A DNA stretch of 64,000 nt from Macrostomum lignano (Eukaryota), in contig NIVC01001372.1 of the NCBI GenBank assembly GCA_002269645.1, positions 124,001 to 188,000 of the forward strand. Reading direction: 5' to 3'. The translations under genes were made by a program, and so were the position numbers. The notes under the pieces are model-generated. The model searched no databases. It was not told the DNA's origin and saw only the letters and a list, made by a program, of their open reading frames with translations. Position 1 is the stretch's first letter, and each line of letters begins with the position of its first letter. Below, piece after piece: positions 51,275 through 63,932 of this stretch.

Positions 51275-54200
51275 TTAAACAACTACTTCGTAAACAATTT
51301 TCTTCTGGCGCATCGAGTAGCCACCTTCCAATGAGTAGGGGTCTGTGTCTGGAATTCGAGTGATAGAAGTGCGTTTTTGGGTATTGGAGTTTGATAGCAA
51401 ATTGATGAAGAGCCCAAGGAAACATCACCTATCTCAAGTGGACACCCCTATCGTAAATTGGACACACTCTATCGTAGAGTGGACACCTCTATCTATCGTA
51501 GAGTGGACACCTTTATCGTAGAGCGGACACTTCTATCTCGAAGTGGACACCTCCGTCATTATATGTGAACACCTCTATCGTAAAGTGGATACATCTATCG
51601 TAGAGTGGACACCCCTATCTCGAAGTGGACACCTCTATCGTAGAGTGGACACCCCTATCTCGAAGTAGACATCTCTATCGTAGAGTGGACACCTCAATCT
51701 CGAAGTGGATACCTCCATCATGGAGTGGGCACACCTATCTCGAAGTGGAGACCTCGATCGTAAAGTGGACACCTTTAGCTATCTCGAAGTGGACTCTTCC
51801 ATAATAAAGTGGACGCGTCTATCGCAGAGTGGACACCTCATCATAGAATGGACATCCCTACCTTATGAATATATAGTTGTGGACATGGCCAATATTGAAA
51901 CGGCTGATTATTATTAATTCAAGCAAAAGTAAATAAAAAGCGCGCATGTCTACTCACTTCGATTATCATCTGTAAAGTCCGCCAGCTGCTGCTGCTGCTG
52001 CATAGCTGGATAAGAGAACAAGGCTGGGTTGGAGACGGACGCTGAAAAATAAAAAAAACAGGACTGCTTGGTTCTCGGGCATTATTTCTTGCTTTTCAAA
52101 GCAACCCTTCACCTGTTAGACACACAGGTTTGCACATGTTAGACACACAGGTTTGCACATGTTAGACACACAGATTTGCACATGTTAGACACACAGATTT
52201 GCACATGTTAGACACACAGGTTTGCACATGTTAGACACACAGGTTTGCACATGTTAGACACACAGGTTTGCACATGTTAGACACACAGGTTTGCACAGGT
52301 CAGACACACAGATTTGCACAGGTCAGACACACAGATTTGCACATGTTAGACACACAGGTTTGCACATGTTAGACACACAGGTTTGCACATGTTAGACACA
52401 CAGGTTTGCACATGTTAGACACACAGGTTTGCACAGGTCAGACACACAGATTTGCACAGGTCAGACACACAGGTTTGCACATGTTAGACACACAGGTTTG
52501 CACAGGTCAGACACACAGATTTGCACAGGTCAGACACACAGATTTGCACATGTTAGACACACAGATTTGCACATGTTAGACACACAGATTTGCACATGTT
52601 AGACACACAGATTTGCACAGGTCAGACACACAGATTTGCACATGTTAGACACACAGATTTGCACATGTTAGACACACAGATTTGCTCATGTTAGACACAC
52701 AGATTTGCATATGTTAGACACACAGATTTGCACATGTTAGACACACAGATTTGCACATGTTAGACACACAGATTTGCACATGTTAGACACACAGATTTGC
52801 ACATGTTAGACACACAGATTTGCACATGTTGGACACATTAGATGGATTATTTTCCAGGTACATCAAAGTGCAGAGCCAGCCAAACACCCCCGAAGTTCCC
52901 CAGAGCAACTCACAGTCCAGTGGGCTGTCCCCGCTGCCTCGGGTCGCGAACACCACCTGGCCGCCGCTCCGACGCCTGTCGCCAAACGAAGACGTCAGCG
53001 GCAATGGATGCTCCTGCTGCCGCAGCTGCAAATCCATTTGTGCGCTGCTTGGCTCGAACGATTTCGATGGCGGTAGAAAAGTCGAACCTCGTCTCGAGTC
53101 GGCGCCGTATCTTGGCTGAGCAATTAGCGGCTTGTTGGCTCCGCTGCTCGACTGACTACTCGAGGAGTTCGCAGCGCCAACGGCGGCGGCGGTGGCGGCG
53201 GCGGCCGCTACGGAGGCGAGGTCGTCGGCGGAGAAGGACTGGTGCGGCGGCACCAGCACGTAAGGCTTGCCGTCTGACACTTGGCCGTAGTGGCACTGGG
53301 AGGAGGTCGGGCTCGCCTGGCGAACGCTGAGGGAGTGAAAACAGCTGCTTAATGAGTTTGATGTTTATTGCTGCGCTTGGCACTTAATGATTGCTGAGTT
53401 TGGCGCTTAATGATTGCTGAGTTTGGCGCTTAATGATTGCTGAGTTTGGCGCTTAATGATTGCTGAGTTTGGCGCTTAATGATTGCTGGGTTTGGCGCTT
53501 AATGATTGCTGAGTTTGGCGCTTAATGATTGCTGAGTTTGGCGCTTAATGATTGCTGAGTTTGGCGCTTAATGGTTGCTGAATCTGGCGCTTAATGATTG
53601 CTAAGCTTAGCGCCGAACTGATACGAGTTTTGAGAAATCAGTTTATTCCATTAGTTTCTCCACAAATTTGCACAGCCACAGAGTGAGTTGAACATGTCTG
53701 AGAAATTCTAACCCCATTACAGTCTGGAGATATTGAATTCTCCAGAGCACTAACGACATGGCCGTAACGCCACTCGGATCCAGATAAATAAGCAATCAGT
53801 TTCGAACTCATCTCGAAGAGGCCTCACTGAGTCCAGCATATAGATTTACTCGTACTGAATTATTGAGACCAAATGGGCCTGCGAGTCTGTCACTCAAGCT
53901 TATGGATATCTTCAATACAGGCTTGTCCTTAAAATATCCTTTCTCCCCCTGTAAGAGGCTATGCCTCCACTTATCGATCTGTCAACTGCTGGTAGGCTGT
54001 GTTACGTAATAGTTCCAGAGCCAACTAAGCGATGAAGTTGTCTTAAACTAGATTCCGTGTACCCGTCCATTAGAGTGGTATTAGAGCTAGTGGATGAAGA
54101 TTGGATAGTGAAATGGGCAAATGGCCCAGAATCCCCTAATCTAAAATTCGAGCTTGTCAGCCGAATACTCACTTGCTGGTTGTGCCAAGCTGGTCCATCT

Positions 54201-57200
54201 CCTTGTAGGTCTTTGGTCTTTTGCAGCAGAAATAAGTGAGCACGGATACTAACACTATGATCACTACGGAGCAGCTCGCGCCCACCGCAATGATGGTGCT
54301 GGTCTGGACCTGCGGCAGTGTGATCACTGAAATGTTTGAAGTTTGGGAGGAGAAATAAGTTTGTTATACTTAGTCTTAGTTGCGTGTTGCGCGATTGGAT
54401 GTCAATATAAGTTTATAGATCGAATGGATTAGCAATCCATTATTCGTGATAGGCTAGATTAGCAATCCATTCTGTTCCTTCAACTGTGATTGGCTAGATT
54501 AGCAATCCATTCTGTTCCTTCAACTGTGATTGGCTAGATTAGCAATCCATTCTGTTCCTTCAACTGTGATTGGCTAGATTAGCAATCCATTCTGTTCCTT
54601 CAACTGTGATTGGCTAGATTAGCAATCCATTCTGTTCCTTCAACTGTGATTGGCTAGATTAGCAATCCATTGTATTACTTCAACTGTGATTGGCTAGATT
54701 AGCAATCCATTGTATTACTTCAACTGTGATTGGCTAGATTAGCAATCCATTGTATTCCTTCAACTGTGATTGACTAGATTAGCAATCCATTGTATTACTT
54801 CAACTGTGATTGGCTAGATTAGCAATCCATTGTATTCCTTCAACTGTGATTGGCTAGATTAGCAATCCATTGTATTACTTCAACTGTGATTGGCTAGATT
54901 AGCAATCCATTCTGTTCCTTCAACTGTGATTGGCTAGATTAGCAATCGATTGTATTCCTTCAACTGTGATTGACTAGATTAGCTATCCATTGTATTCCTT
55001 CAACTGTGATTGACTAGATTAGCAATCCATTGTATTCCTTCAACTGTGATTGGCTAGATTAGCAATCCATTGTATTCCTTCAACTGTGATTGACTAGATT
55101 AGCTATCCATTGTATTCCTTCAACTGTGATTGGCTAGATTAGCAATCCATTGTATTACTTCAACTGTGATTGGCTAGATTAGCAATCCATTGTATTACTT
55201 CAACTGTGATTGGCTAGATAAGCAATCCATTGTATTACTTCAACTGTGATTGACTAGATTAGCAATCCATTGTATTACTTCAACTGTGATTTGCTAGATT
55301 AGCAATCCATTGTATTCCTTCAACTGTGATTGGCTAGATAAGCAATTCATTGTATTACTTCAACTGTGATTGGCTAGATTAGCAATCCATTGTATTACTT
55401 CAACTGTGATTAACTAGATTAGCTATCCATTGTATTCCTTCAACTGTGATTGGCTAGATTAGCAATCCATTGTATTACTTCAACTGTGATTGGCTAGATT
55501 AGCAATCCATTCTGTTCCTTCAGCTATAATTGGCTAGATTAGCAATCCATTGTATTCCTTCAACTGTGATTGGCTAGATTAGCAATCCACTCTGTTCCTT
55601 CAACTGTGATTGGCTAGATTAGCAATCCATTGTATTCCTTCAACTGTGATTGGCTAGATTAGCAATCCATTGTATTACTTCAACTGTGATTGGCTAGATT
55701 AGCAATCCATTGTATTACTTCAACTGTGATTGGCTAGATTAGCAATCCATTGTATTACTTCAACTGTGATTGGCTAGATTAGCAATCCATTCTGTTCCTT
55801 CAGCTATAATTGGCTAGATTAGCAATCCATTGTATTCCTTCAACTGTGATTGGCTAGATTAGCAATCCATTGTTCTTCAACTGTGTTGGCTAGATTAGCA
55901 ATCCATTGTATTCCTTCAACTGTGATTGGCTAGATTAGCAATCCATTGTATTACTTCAACTGTGATTGGCTAGATTAGCAATCCATTGTATTACTTCAAC
56001 TGTGATTGGCTAGATTAGCAATCCATTGTATTACTTCAACTGTGATTGGCTAGATTAGCAATCCATTGTATTCCTTCAACTGTGATTGGCTAGATTAGCA
56101 ATCCATTGTTCTTCAACTGTGATTGGCTAGATTAGCAATCCATTGTATTACTTCAACTGTGATTAACTAGATTAGCTATCCATTGTATTTCTTCAACTGT
56201 GATTGGCTAGATTAGCAATCCATTGTATTACTTCAACTGTGATTGGCTAGATTAGCAATCCATTCTGTTCCTTCAGCTATAATTGGCTAGATTAGCAATC
56301 CATTGTATTCCTTCAACTGTGATTGGCTAGATTAGCAATCCATTGTATTACTTCAACTGTGATTGACTAGATTAGCAATCCATTGTATTACTTCAACTGT
56401 GATTGGCTAGATTAGCAATCCATTGTATTACTTCAACTGTAATTGACTAGATTAGCAATCCATTGTATTACTTCAACTGTGATTGACTAGATTAGCAATC
56501 CATTGTATTACTTCAACTGTAATTGACTAGATTAGCAATCCATTTATTACTTCAACTGTAATTGACTAGATTAGCAATCCATTGTATTACTTCAACTGTG
56601 ATTGACTAGATTAGCAATCCATTGTATTACTTCAACTGTAATTGACTAGATTAGCAATCCATTGTATTACTTCAACTGTAATTGACTAGATTAGCAATCC
56701 ATTGTATTACTTCAACTGTAATTGACTAGATTAGCAATCCATTGTATTACTTCAACTGTAATTGACTAGATTAGCAATCCATTGTATTACTTCAACTGTA
56801 ATTGACTAGATTAGCAATCCATTGTATTACTTCAACTGTAATTGACTAGATTAGCAATCCATTGTATTACTTCAACTGTAATTGACTAGATTAGCAATCC
56901 ATTGTATTACTTCAACTGTAATTGACTAGATTAGCAATCCATTGTATTACTTCAACTGTAATTGACTAGATTAGCAATCCATTGTATTACTTCAACTGTA
57001 ATTGACTAGATTAGCAATCCATTGTATTACTTCAACTGTAATTGACTAGATTAGCAATCCATTGTATTACTTCAACTGTAATTGACTAGATTAGCAATCC
57101 ATTGTATTACTTCAACTGTAATTGACTAGATTAGCAATCCATTGTATTACTTCAACTGTAATTGACTAGATTAGCAATCCATTGTATTACTTCAACTGTA

Positions 57201-60200
57201 ATTGACTAGATTAGCAATCCATTGTATTACTTCAACTGTAATTGACTAGATTAGCAATCCATTGTATTACTTCAACTGTAATTGACTAGATTAGCAATCC
57301 ATTGTATTACTTCAACTGTAATTGACTAGATTAGCAATCCATTGTATTACTTCAACTGTAATTGACTAGATTAGCAATCCATTGTATTACTTCAACTGTA
57401 ATTGACTAGATTAGCAATCCATTGTATTACTTCAACTGTAATTGACTAGATTAGCAATCCATTGTATTACTTCAACTGTGATTGACTAGATTAGCAATCC
57501 ATTGTATTACTTCAACTGTGATTGGCTAGATTAGCAATCCATTGTATTACTTCAACTGTAATTGACTAGATTAGCAATCCATTGTATTACTTCAACTGTA
57601 ATTGACTAGATTAGCAATCCATTGTATTACTTCAACTGTAATTGACTAGATTAGCAATCCATTGTATTACTTCAACTGTAATTGACTAGATTAGCAATCC
57701 ATTGTATTACTTCAACTGTGATTGGCTAGATTAGCAATCCATTGTATTACTTCAACTGTAATTGACTAGATTAGCAATCCATTGTATTACTTCAACTGTA
57801 ATTGACTAGATTAGCAATCCATTGTATTACTTCAACTGTAATTGACTAGATTAGCAATCCATTGTATTACTTCAACTGTGATTGGCTAGATTAGCAATCC
57901 ATTGTATTACTTCAACTGTAATTGACTAGATTAGCAATCCATTGTATTACTTCAACTGTAATTGACTAGATTAGCAATCCATTGTATTACTTCAACTGTA
58001 ATTGACTAGATTAGCAATCCATTGTATTACTTCAACTGTAATTGACTAGATTAGCAATCCATTGTATTACTTCAACTGTAATTGACTAGATTAGCAATCC
58101 ATTGTATTACTTCAACTGTAATTGACTAGATTAGCAATCCATTGTATTACTTCAACTGTAATTGACTAGATTAGCAATCCATTGTATTACTTCAACTGTA
58201 ATTGACTAGATTAGCAATCCATTGTATTACTTCAACTGTGATTGACTAGATTAGCAATCCATTGTATTACTTCAACTGTAATTGACTAGATTAGCAATCC
58301 ATTGTATTACTTCAACTGTAATTGACTAGATTAGCAATCCATTGTATTACTTCAACTGTAATTGACTAGATTAGCAATCCATTGTATTACTTCAACTGTG
58401 ATTGACTAGATTAGCAATCCATTGTATTACTTCAACTGTAATTGACTAGATTAGCAATCCATTGTATTACTTCAACTGTAATTGACTAGATTAGCAATCC
58501 ATTGTATTACTTCAACTGTAATTGACTAGATTAGCAATCCATTGTATTACTTCAACTGTAATTGACTAGATTAGCAATCCATTGTATTACTTCAACTGTA
58601 ATTGACTAGATTAGCAATCCATTGTATTACTTCAACTGTAATTGACTAGATTAGCAATCCATTGTATTACTTCAACTGTAATTGACTAGATTAGCAATCC
58701 ATTGTATTACTTCAACTGTGATTGGCTAGATTAGCAATCCATTGTATTACTTCAACTGTAATTGACTAGATTAGCAATCCATTGTATTACTTCAACTGTA
58801 ATTGACTAGATTAGCAATCCATTGTATTACTTCAACTGTAATTGACTAGATTAGCAATCCATTGTATTACTTCAACTGTAATTGACTAGATTAGCAATCC
58901 ATTGTATTACTTCAACTGTAATTGACTAGATTAGCAATCCATTGTATTACTTCAACTGTAATTGACTAGATTAGCAATCCATTGTATTACTTCAACTGTA
59001 ATTGACTAGATTAGCAATCCATTGTATTACTTCAACTGTAATTGACTAGATTAGCAATCCATTGTATTACTTCAACTGTAATTGACTAGATTAGCAATCC
59101 ATTGTATTACTTCAACTGTAATTGACTAGATTAGCAATCCATTGTATTACTTCAACTGTAATTGACTAGATTAGCAATCCATTGTATTGCTTCAACTGTA
59201 ATTGACTAGATTAGCAATCCATTGTATTACTTCAACTGTAATTGACTAGATTAGCAATCCATTGTATTACTTCAACTGTAATTGACTAGATTAGCAATCC
59301 ATTGTATTACTTCAACTGTAATTGACTAGATTAGCAATCCATTGTATTACTTCAACTGTAATTGACTAGATTAGCAATCCATTGTATTACTTCAACTGTA
59401 ATTGACTAGATTAGCAATCCATTGTATTACTTCAACTGTAATTGACTAGATTAGCAATCCATTGTATTACTTCAACTGTGATTGACTAGATTAGCAATCC
59501 ATTGTATTACTTCAACTGTGATTGACTAGATTAGCAATCCATTGTATTACTTCAACTGTAATTGACTAGATTAGCAATCCATTGTATTACTTCAACTGTA
59601 ATTGACTAGATTAGCAATCCATTGTATTACTTCAACTGTAATTGACTAGATTAGCAATCCATTGTATTACTTCAACTGTAATTGACTAGATTAGCAATCC
59701 ATTGTATTACTTCAACTGTAATTGACTAGATTAGCAATCCATTGTATTACTTCAACTGTAATTGACTAGATTAGCAATCCATTGTATTACTTCAACTGTA
59801 ATTGACTAGATTAGCAATCCATTGTATTACTTCAACTGTGATTGACTAGATTAGCAATCCATTGTATTACTTCAACTGTAATTGACTAGATTAGCAATCC
59901 ATTGTATTACTTCAACTGTAATTGACTAGATTAGCAATCCATTGTATTACTTCAACTGTAATTGACTAGATTAGCAATCCATTGTATTACTTCAACTGTA
60001 ATTGACTAGATTAGCAATCCATTGTATTACTTCAACTGTAATTGACTAGATTAGCAATCCATTGTATTACTTCAACTGTAATTGACTAGATTAGCAATCC
60101 ATTGTATTACTTCAACTGTAATTGACTAGATTAGCAATCCATTGTATTACTTCAACTGTAATTGACTAGATTAGCAATCCATTGTATTACTTCAACTGTG

Positions 60201-61298
60201 ATTGGCTAGATTAGCAATCCATTGTATTACTTCAACTGTAATTGACTAGATTAGCAATCCATTGTATTACTTCAACTGTAATTGACTAGATTAGCAATCC
60301 ATTGTATTACTTCAACTGTAATTGACTAGATTAGCAATCCATTGTATTACTTCAACTGTAATTGACTAGATTAGCAATCCATTGTATTACTTCAACTGTA
60401 ATTGACTAGATTAGCAATCCATTGTATTACTTCAACTGTAATTGACTAGATTAGCAATCCATTGTATTACTTCAACTGTAATTGACTAGATTAGCAATCC
60501 ATTGTATTACTTCAACTGTAATTGACTAGATTAGCAATCCATTGTATTACTTCAACTGTAATTGACTAGATTAGCAATCCATTGTATTACTTCAACTGTA
60601 ATTGACTAGATTAGCAATCCATTGTATTACTTCAACTGTAATTGACTAGATTAGCAATCCATTGTATTACTTCAACTGTGATTGACTAGATTAGCAATCC
60701 ATTGTATTACTTCAACTGTAATTGACTAGATTAGCAATCCATTGTATTACTTCAACTGTAATTGACTAGATTAGCAATCCATTGTATTACTTCAACTGTA
60801 ATTGACTAGATTAGCAATCCATTGTATTACTTCAACTGTAATTGACTAGATTAGCAATCCATTGTATTACTTCAACTGTAATTGACTAGATTAGCAATCC
60901 ATTGTATTACTTCAACTGTAATTGACTAGATTAGCAATCCATTGTATTACTTCAACTGTAATTGACTAGATTAGCAATCCATTGTATTACTTCAACTGTA
61001 ATTGACTAGATTAGCAATCCATTTTATTACTTCAACTGTGATTGGCTAGATTAGCAATCCATTTTATTACTTCAACTGTGATTGGCTAGATTAATTGACA
61101 TCTTTAATTTAGGAAGCTCCTGCTTTTATGGAGACTTTAGTCCCAAAACTGCCTTAGTGACTAAATGAAGAAAGTTAAGAATTTAAGAATTTTTTTTAGA
61201 TATCCGAGCTACTAACAAGGCAGTTGACTCAAGCAACCTCCTTAACCTTTATTGCGTAACGCCAATTAAAAATTACCTTTGCCCCTATGCAGCATCAT
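51275..61298 (-). CDS. Orphan type III single-pass transmembrane adaptor-like protein, complement(join(51275..51348,51958..52041,52914..53326,54173..54326,61277..61298)), 248 aa
   Basis: Four GT-AG introns (donors gtaatt, gtgagt x3; pyrimidine-rich acceptors) with phases 1,2,1,1 all matching, 747 nt total, and an in-frame stop upstream of the ATG. Protein MMLHRGKVITLPQVQTSTIIAVGASCSVVIIVLVSVLTYFCCKRPKTYKEM...RQKKIVYEVVV*. Confidence 0.82.
51420..51860. repeat. 20-bp minisatellite (GTGGACACCTCTATCGTAGA / GTGGACACCCCTATCTCGAA) in the last intron of the adaptor gene
   Basis: About 20 degenerate copies with alternating variants. Confidence 0.88.
52114..52835. repeat. 23-bp minisatellite (GTTAGACACACAGGTTTGCACAT), ~31 copies, intronic
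   Basis: Period 23 visible (AGACAC at 52141, 52164). Confidence 0.95.
53378..53610. repeat. 23-bp minisatellite (TGGCGCTTAATGATTGCTGAGTT), ~10 copies, intronic
   Basis: Period 23 visible (53401, 53424). Confidence 0.93.
54423..61093. repeat. 40-bp satellite (CAACTGTRATTGRCTAGATTAGCAATCCATTGTATTACTT), ~165 copies, 6.6 kb, intronic
   Basis: Period 40 throughout; heterogeneous 5' part, homogenised core. Confidence 0.98.
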
Positions 61299-61429
61299 TT
61301 GAGTCGAAGAGGTGAAGTGTTCTCTTGAATGAAATTTCTAAATCGCCTCAAGGTTGATTAGCCAGGGAATTGATTCTGACTAATTGCTTGACTACTGTGA
61401 GCGTTTGATGTTAGTTGCTAGAGGGCTAG

Positions 61430-62058
61430 AGGAGAGAGACTGGGTGACGGAGAGAGGGAGAGAGGGAGGGAGAGAGGGAGAGAGGGAGGGAGAGAGGGAG
61501 AGAGGGAGAGAGGGAGAGAGTGAGAGAGGGAGAGAGGGAGAGAGGGAGAGAGGGAGAGAGTGAGAGAGTGAGAGAGGGAGAGAGGGAGAGAGGGAGAAAG
61601 GGAGAGAGGGAGAGAGGGAGAGAGGGAGAGAGAGGGATAGAGAGGGAGAGAATGAAAGGGAGAGGAAGAGAGGGAGAGAGGGAGAGAGTGAGAGAGTGAG
61701 AGAGGGAGAGAGGGAGAGAGAGGGAGAGAGAGGGAGAGAATGAAAGGGAGAGGAAGAGAGGGAGAGACGGAGAGAGTGAGAGAGTGAGAGAGGGAGAGAG
61801 TGAGAGAGGGAGAGAGGGAGAGAGGGAGAGAGGGAGAGAGTGAGAGAGTGAGAGAGGGAGAGAGGGAGAGAGAGGGATAGAGAGGGAGAGAATGAAAGGG
61901 AGAGGAAGAGAGGGAGAGACGGAGAGAGTGAGAGAGGGAGAGAGGGAGAGAGGGAGAGAGGGAGAGAGGGAGAGAGGGAGAGAGGGAGAGAGGGAGAGAG
62001 GGAGAGAGGGAGAGAGGGAGAGAGGGAGAGAGGGAGAGAGGGAGGGAGAGAGGGAGAG
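61430..62058. repeat. Polypurine (GAGAGAGG)n microsatellite with higher-order blocks
   Basis: 8-bp unit; the interruption GAATGAAAGGGAGAGGAA recurs three times (~61650, ~61739, ~61890). Confidence 0.95.
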
Positions 62059-62636
62059 ATGCCGAGCGAGATGGGAAGAGGGACACCCAGAGCGGGGGCG
62101 GTCACGCAGAGTCAACAAGGCCAGCAGCCCAGCCTGGACAAACAGGCCCTCAAACTGATGCAGGGGATTCTGAAGTGGTTTGGAAGGAGAAAATCTGTTC
62201 GAGTCTCCAGCGCAAGTCAAACAGGACGAAGTGGTCAGCGCAAGGTCTTTGGTTGCTTAAGTAAAAGATGGCGGAACGCTTTGGGGTGCCGACAAGCAAA
62301 CAGTGGAATGAAGCGAAAAGCTGGCTAAAAATTGACTTCGAGCCACTCTCACGGTCTTTCTCCAGGCTTTCCGGGCTTTAGGATTTTTTCTTAGAAAGGC
62401 GACAAAGTAAGTCTCTCCACGGCTGGGAATTATGTAACTCCAGATAGTTACGTAATCGCCTCCGCGACAGATCATTTTCGTGAAAATAAAAAACGGAATT
62501 TTTAACGAAACGAACGATTCCTCGGCAGTCTTTTTATTTTACGGAGCTTTTTCTTCTGTCTGGGAGACCAGCTGCTATCGCGAGGGGCTGCTTCTATCCT
62601 GTCTATTACTCGCCTCGAAGATGGTGACATAGATAG

Positions 62637-62705
62637 GGAGCCTTGGCCCAGTGGCCTGGCGCGAAACTCTGATGTGCCAGCGGCCCAGGTTCGATTCCAA
62701 ATGCA
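62637..62705 (+). mobile_element. tRNA-derived SINE-like head / tRNA pseudogene
   Basis: Pol III A-box TGGCCCAGTGG (62644-54) and B-box GGTTCGATTCC (62688-98) start 44 nt apart as in tRNA, but the T-arm and acceptor stems do not pair. Confidence 0.6.
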
Positions 62706-62774
62706 GTCATATTGATTTGGAGCTAAATGGGAATCTTGGCTTGGCTCTGCTCGTGCAATTAACGCCCTTGAATG

Positions 62775-63932
62775 TGAAAGAGTGACAGGAGGAAAGAGTG
62801 ACACGATGAAAGAGTGACACGATGAAAGAGTGACACGATGAAAGAGTGACACGATGAAAGAGTGACACGATGAAAGAGTGACACGATATGAAAGAGTGAC
62901 ACGATGAAAGAGTGACACGATGAAAGAATGACACGATGAAAGAGTGACACGATGAAAGAGTGACACGATGAAAGAGTGACACGATAGAGTGACACGATGA
63001 AAGAGTGACACGATATGAAAGAGTGACACGATGAAAGAGTGACACGATGAAAAAGTGACACGATGAAAGAGTGACACGATGAAAGAATGACACGATGAAA
63101 GAATGACACGATGAAAGAGTGAACGATGAAAGAGTGACACGATGAAAGAGTGACACGATGAAAGAGTGACACGATGAAAGAGTGACACGATGAAAGAGTG
63201 ACACGATGAAAGAGTGACACGATGAAAGAGTGACACGATGAAAGAGTGACACGATGAAAGAGTGACACGATGAAAGAGTGACACGATGAAAGAGTGACAC
63301 GATGAAAGAGTGACACGATGAAAGAGTGACACGATGAAAGAGTGACACGATGAAAAAGTGACACGATGAAAGAGTGACACGATGAAAGAGTGACACGATG
63401 AAAGAGTGACACGATGAAAGAGTGACACGATGAAAGAGTGACACGATGAAAGAGTGACACGATGAAAGAGTGACACGATGAAAGAGTGACACGATGAAAG
63501 AGTGACACGATGAAAGAGTGACACGATGAAAGAGTGACACGATGAAAGAGTGACACGATGAAAGAGTGACACGATGAAAGAGTGACACGATGAAAGAGTG
63601 ACACGATGAAAGAGTGACACGATGAAAGAGTGACACGATGAAAGAGTGACACGATGAAAGAGTGACACGATGAAAGAGTGACACGATGAAAGAGTGACAC
63701 GATGAAAGAGTGACACGATGAAAGAGTGACACGATGAAAGAGTGACACGATGAAAGAGTGACACGATGAAAGAGTGACACGATGAAAGAGTGACACGATG
63801 AAAGAGTGACACGATGAAAGAGTGACACGATGAAAGAGTGACACGATGAAAGAGTGACACGATGAAAGAGTGACACGATGAAAGAGTGACACGATGAAAG
63901 AGTGACACGATGAAAGAGTGACACGATGAAAG
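62775..63932. repeat. 16-bp satellite (GATGAAAGAGTGACAC), ~72 copies
   Basis: Period 16 visible; explains three overlapping minus-strand ORFs. Confidence 0.97.

Noticed and set aside
52820-53383. Alternative-frame and antisense ORFs over adaptor exon 3
   Set aside because: Only the 53326..52914 frame is phase-compatible with both flanking exons.
54423-61093. CRISPR-like array
   Set aside because: Units are contiguous with no unique spacers, there are no cas genes, and the context is a eukaryotic intron.
51275-61298. Synaptotagmin
   Set aside because: The N-terminal TM plus Cys topology is similar, but there are no C2 domains before the stop.
61392-62220. Leu/Ser/Pro-rich ORFs
   Set aside because: Translations of the (GAGAGAGG)n microsatellite.
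62637-62710. Functional tRNA gene
   Set aside because: The T-arm pairs at only 2 of 5 positions, and there is no acceptor stem or clear anticodon arm.
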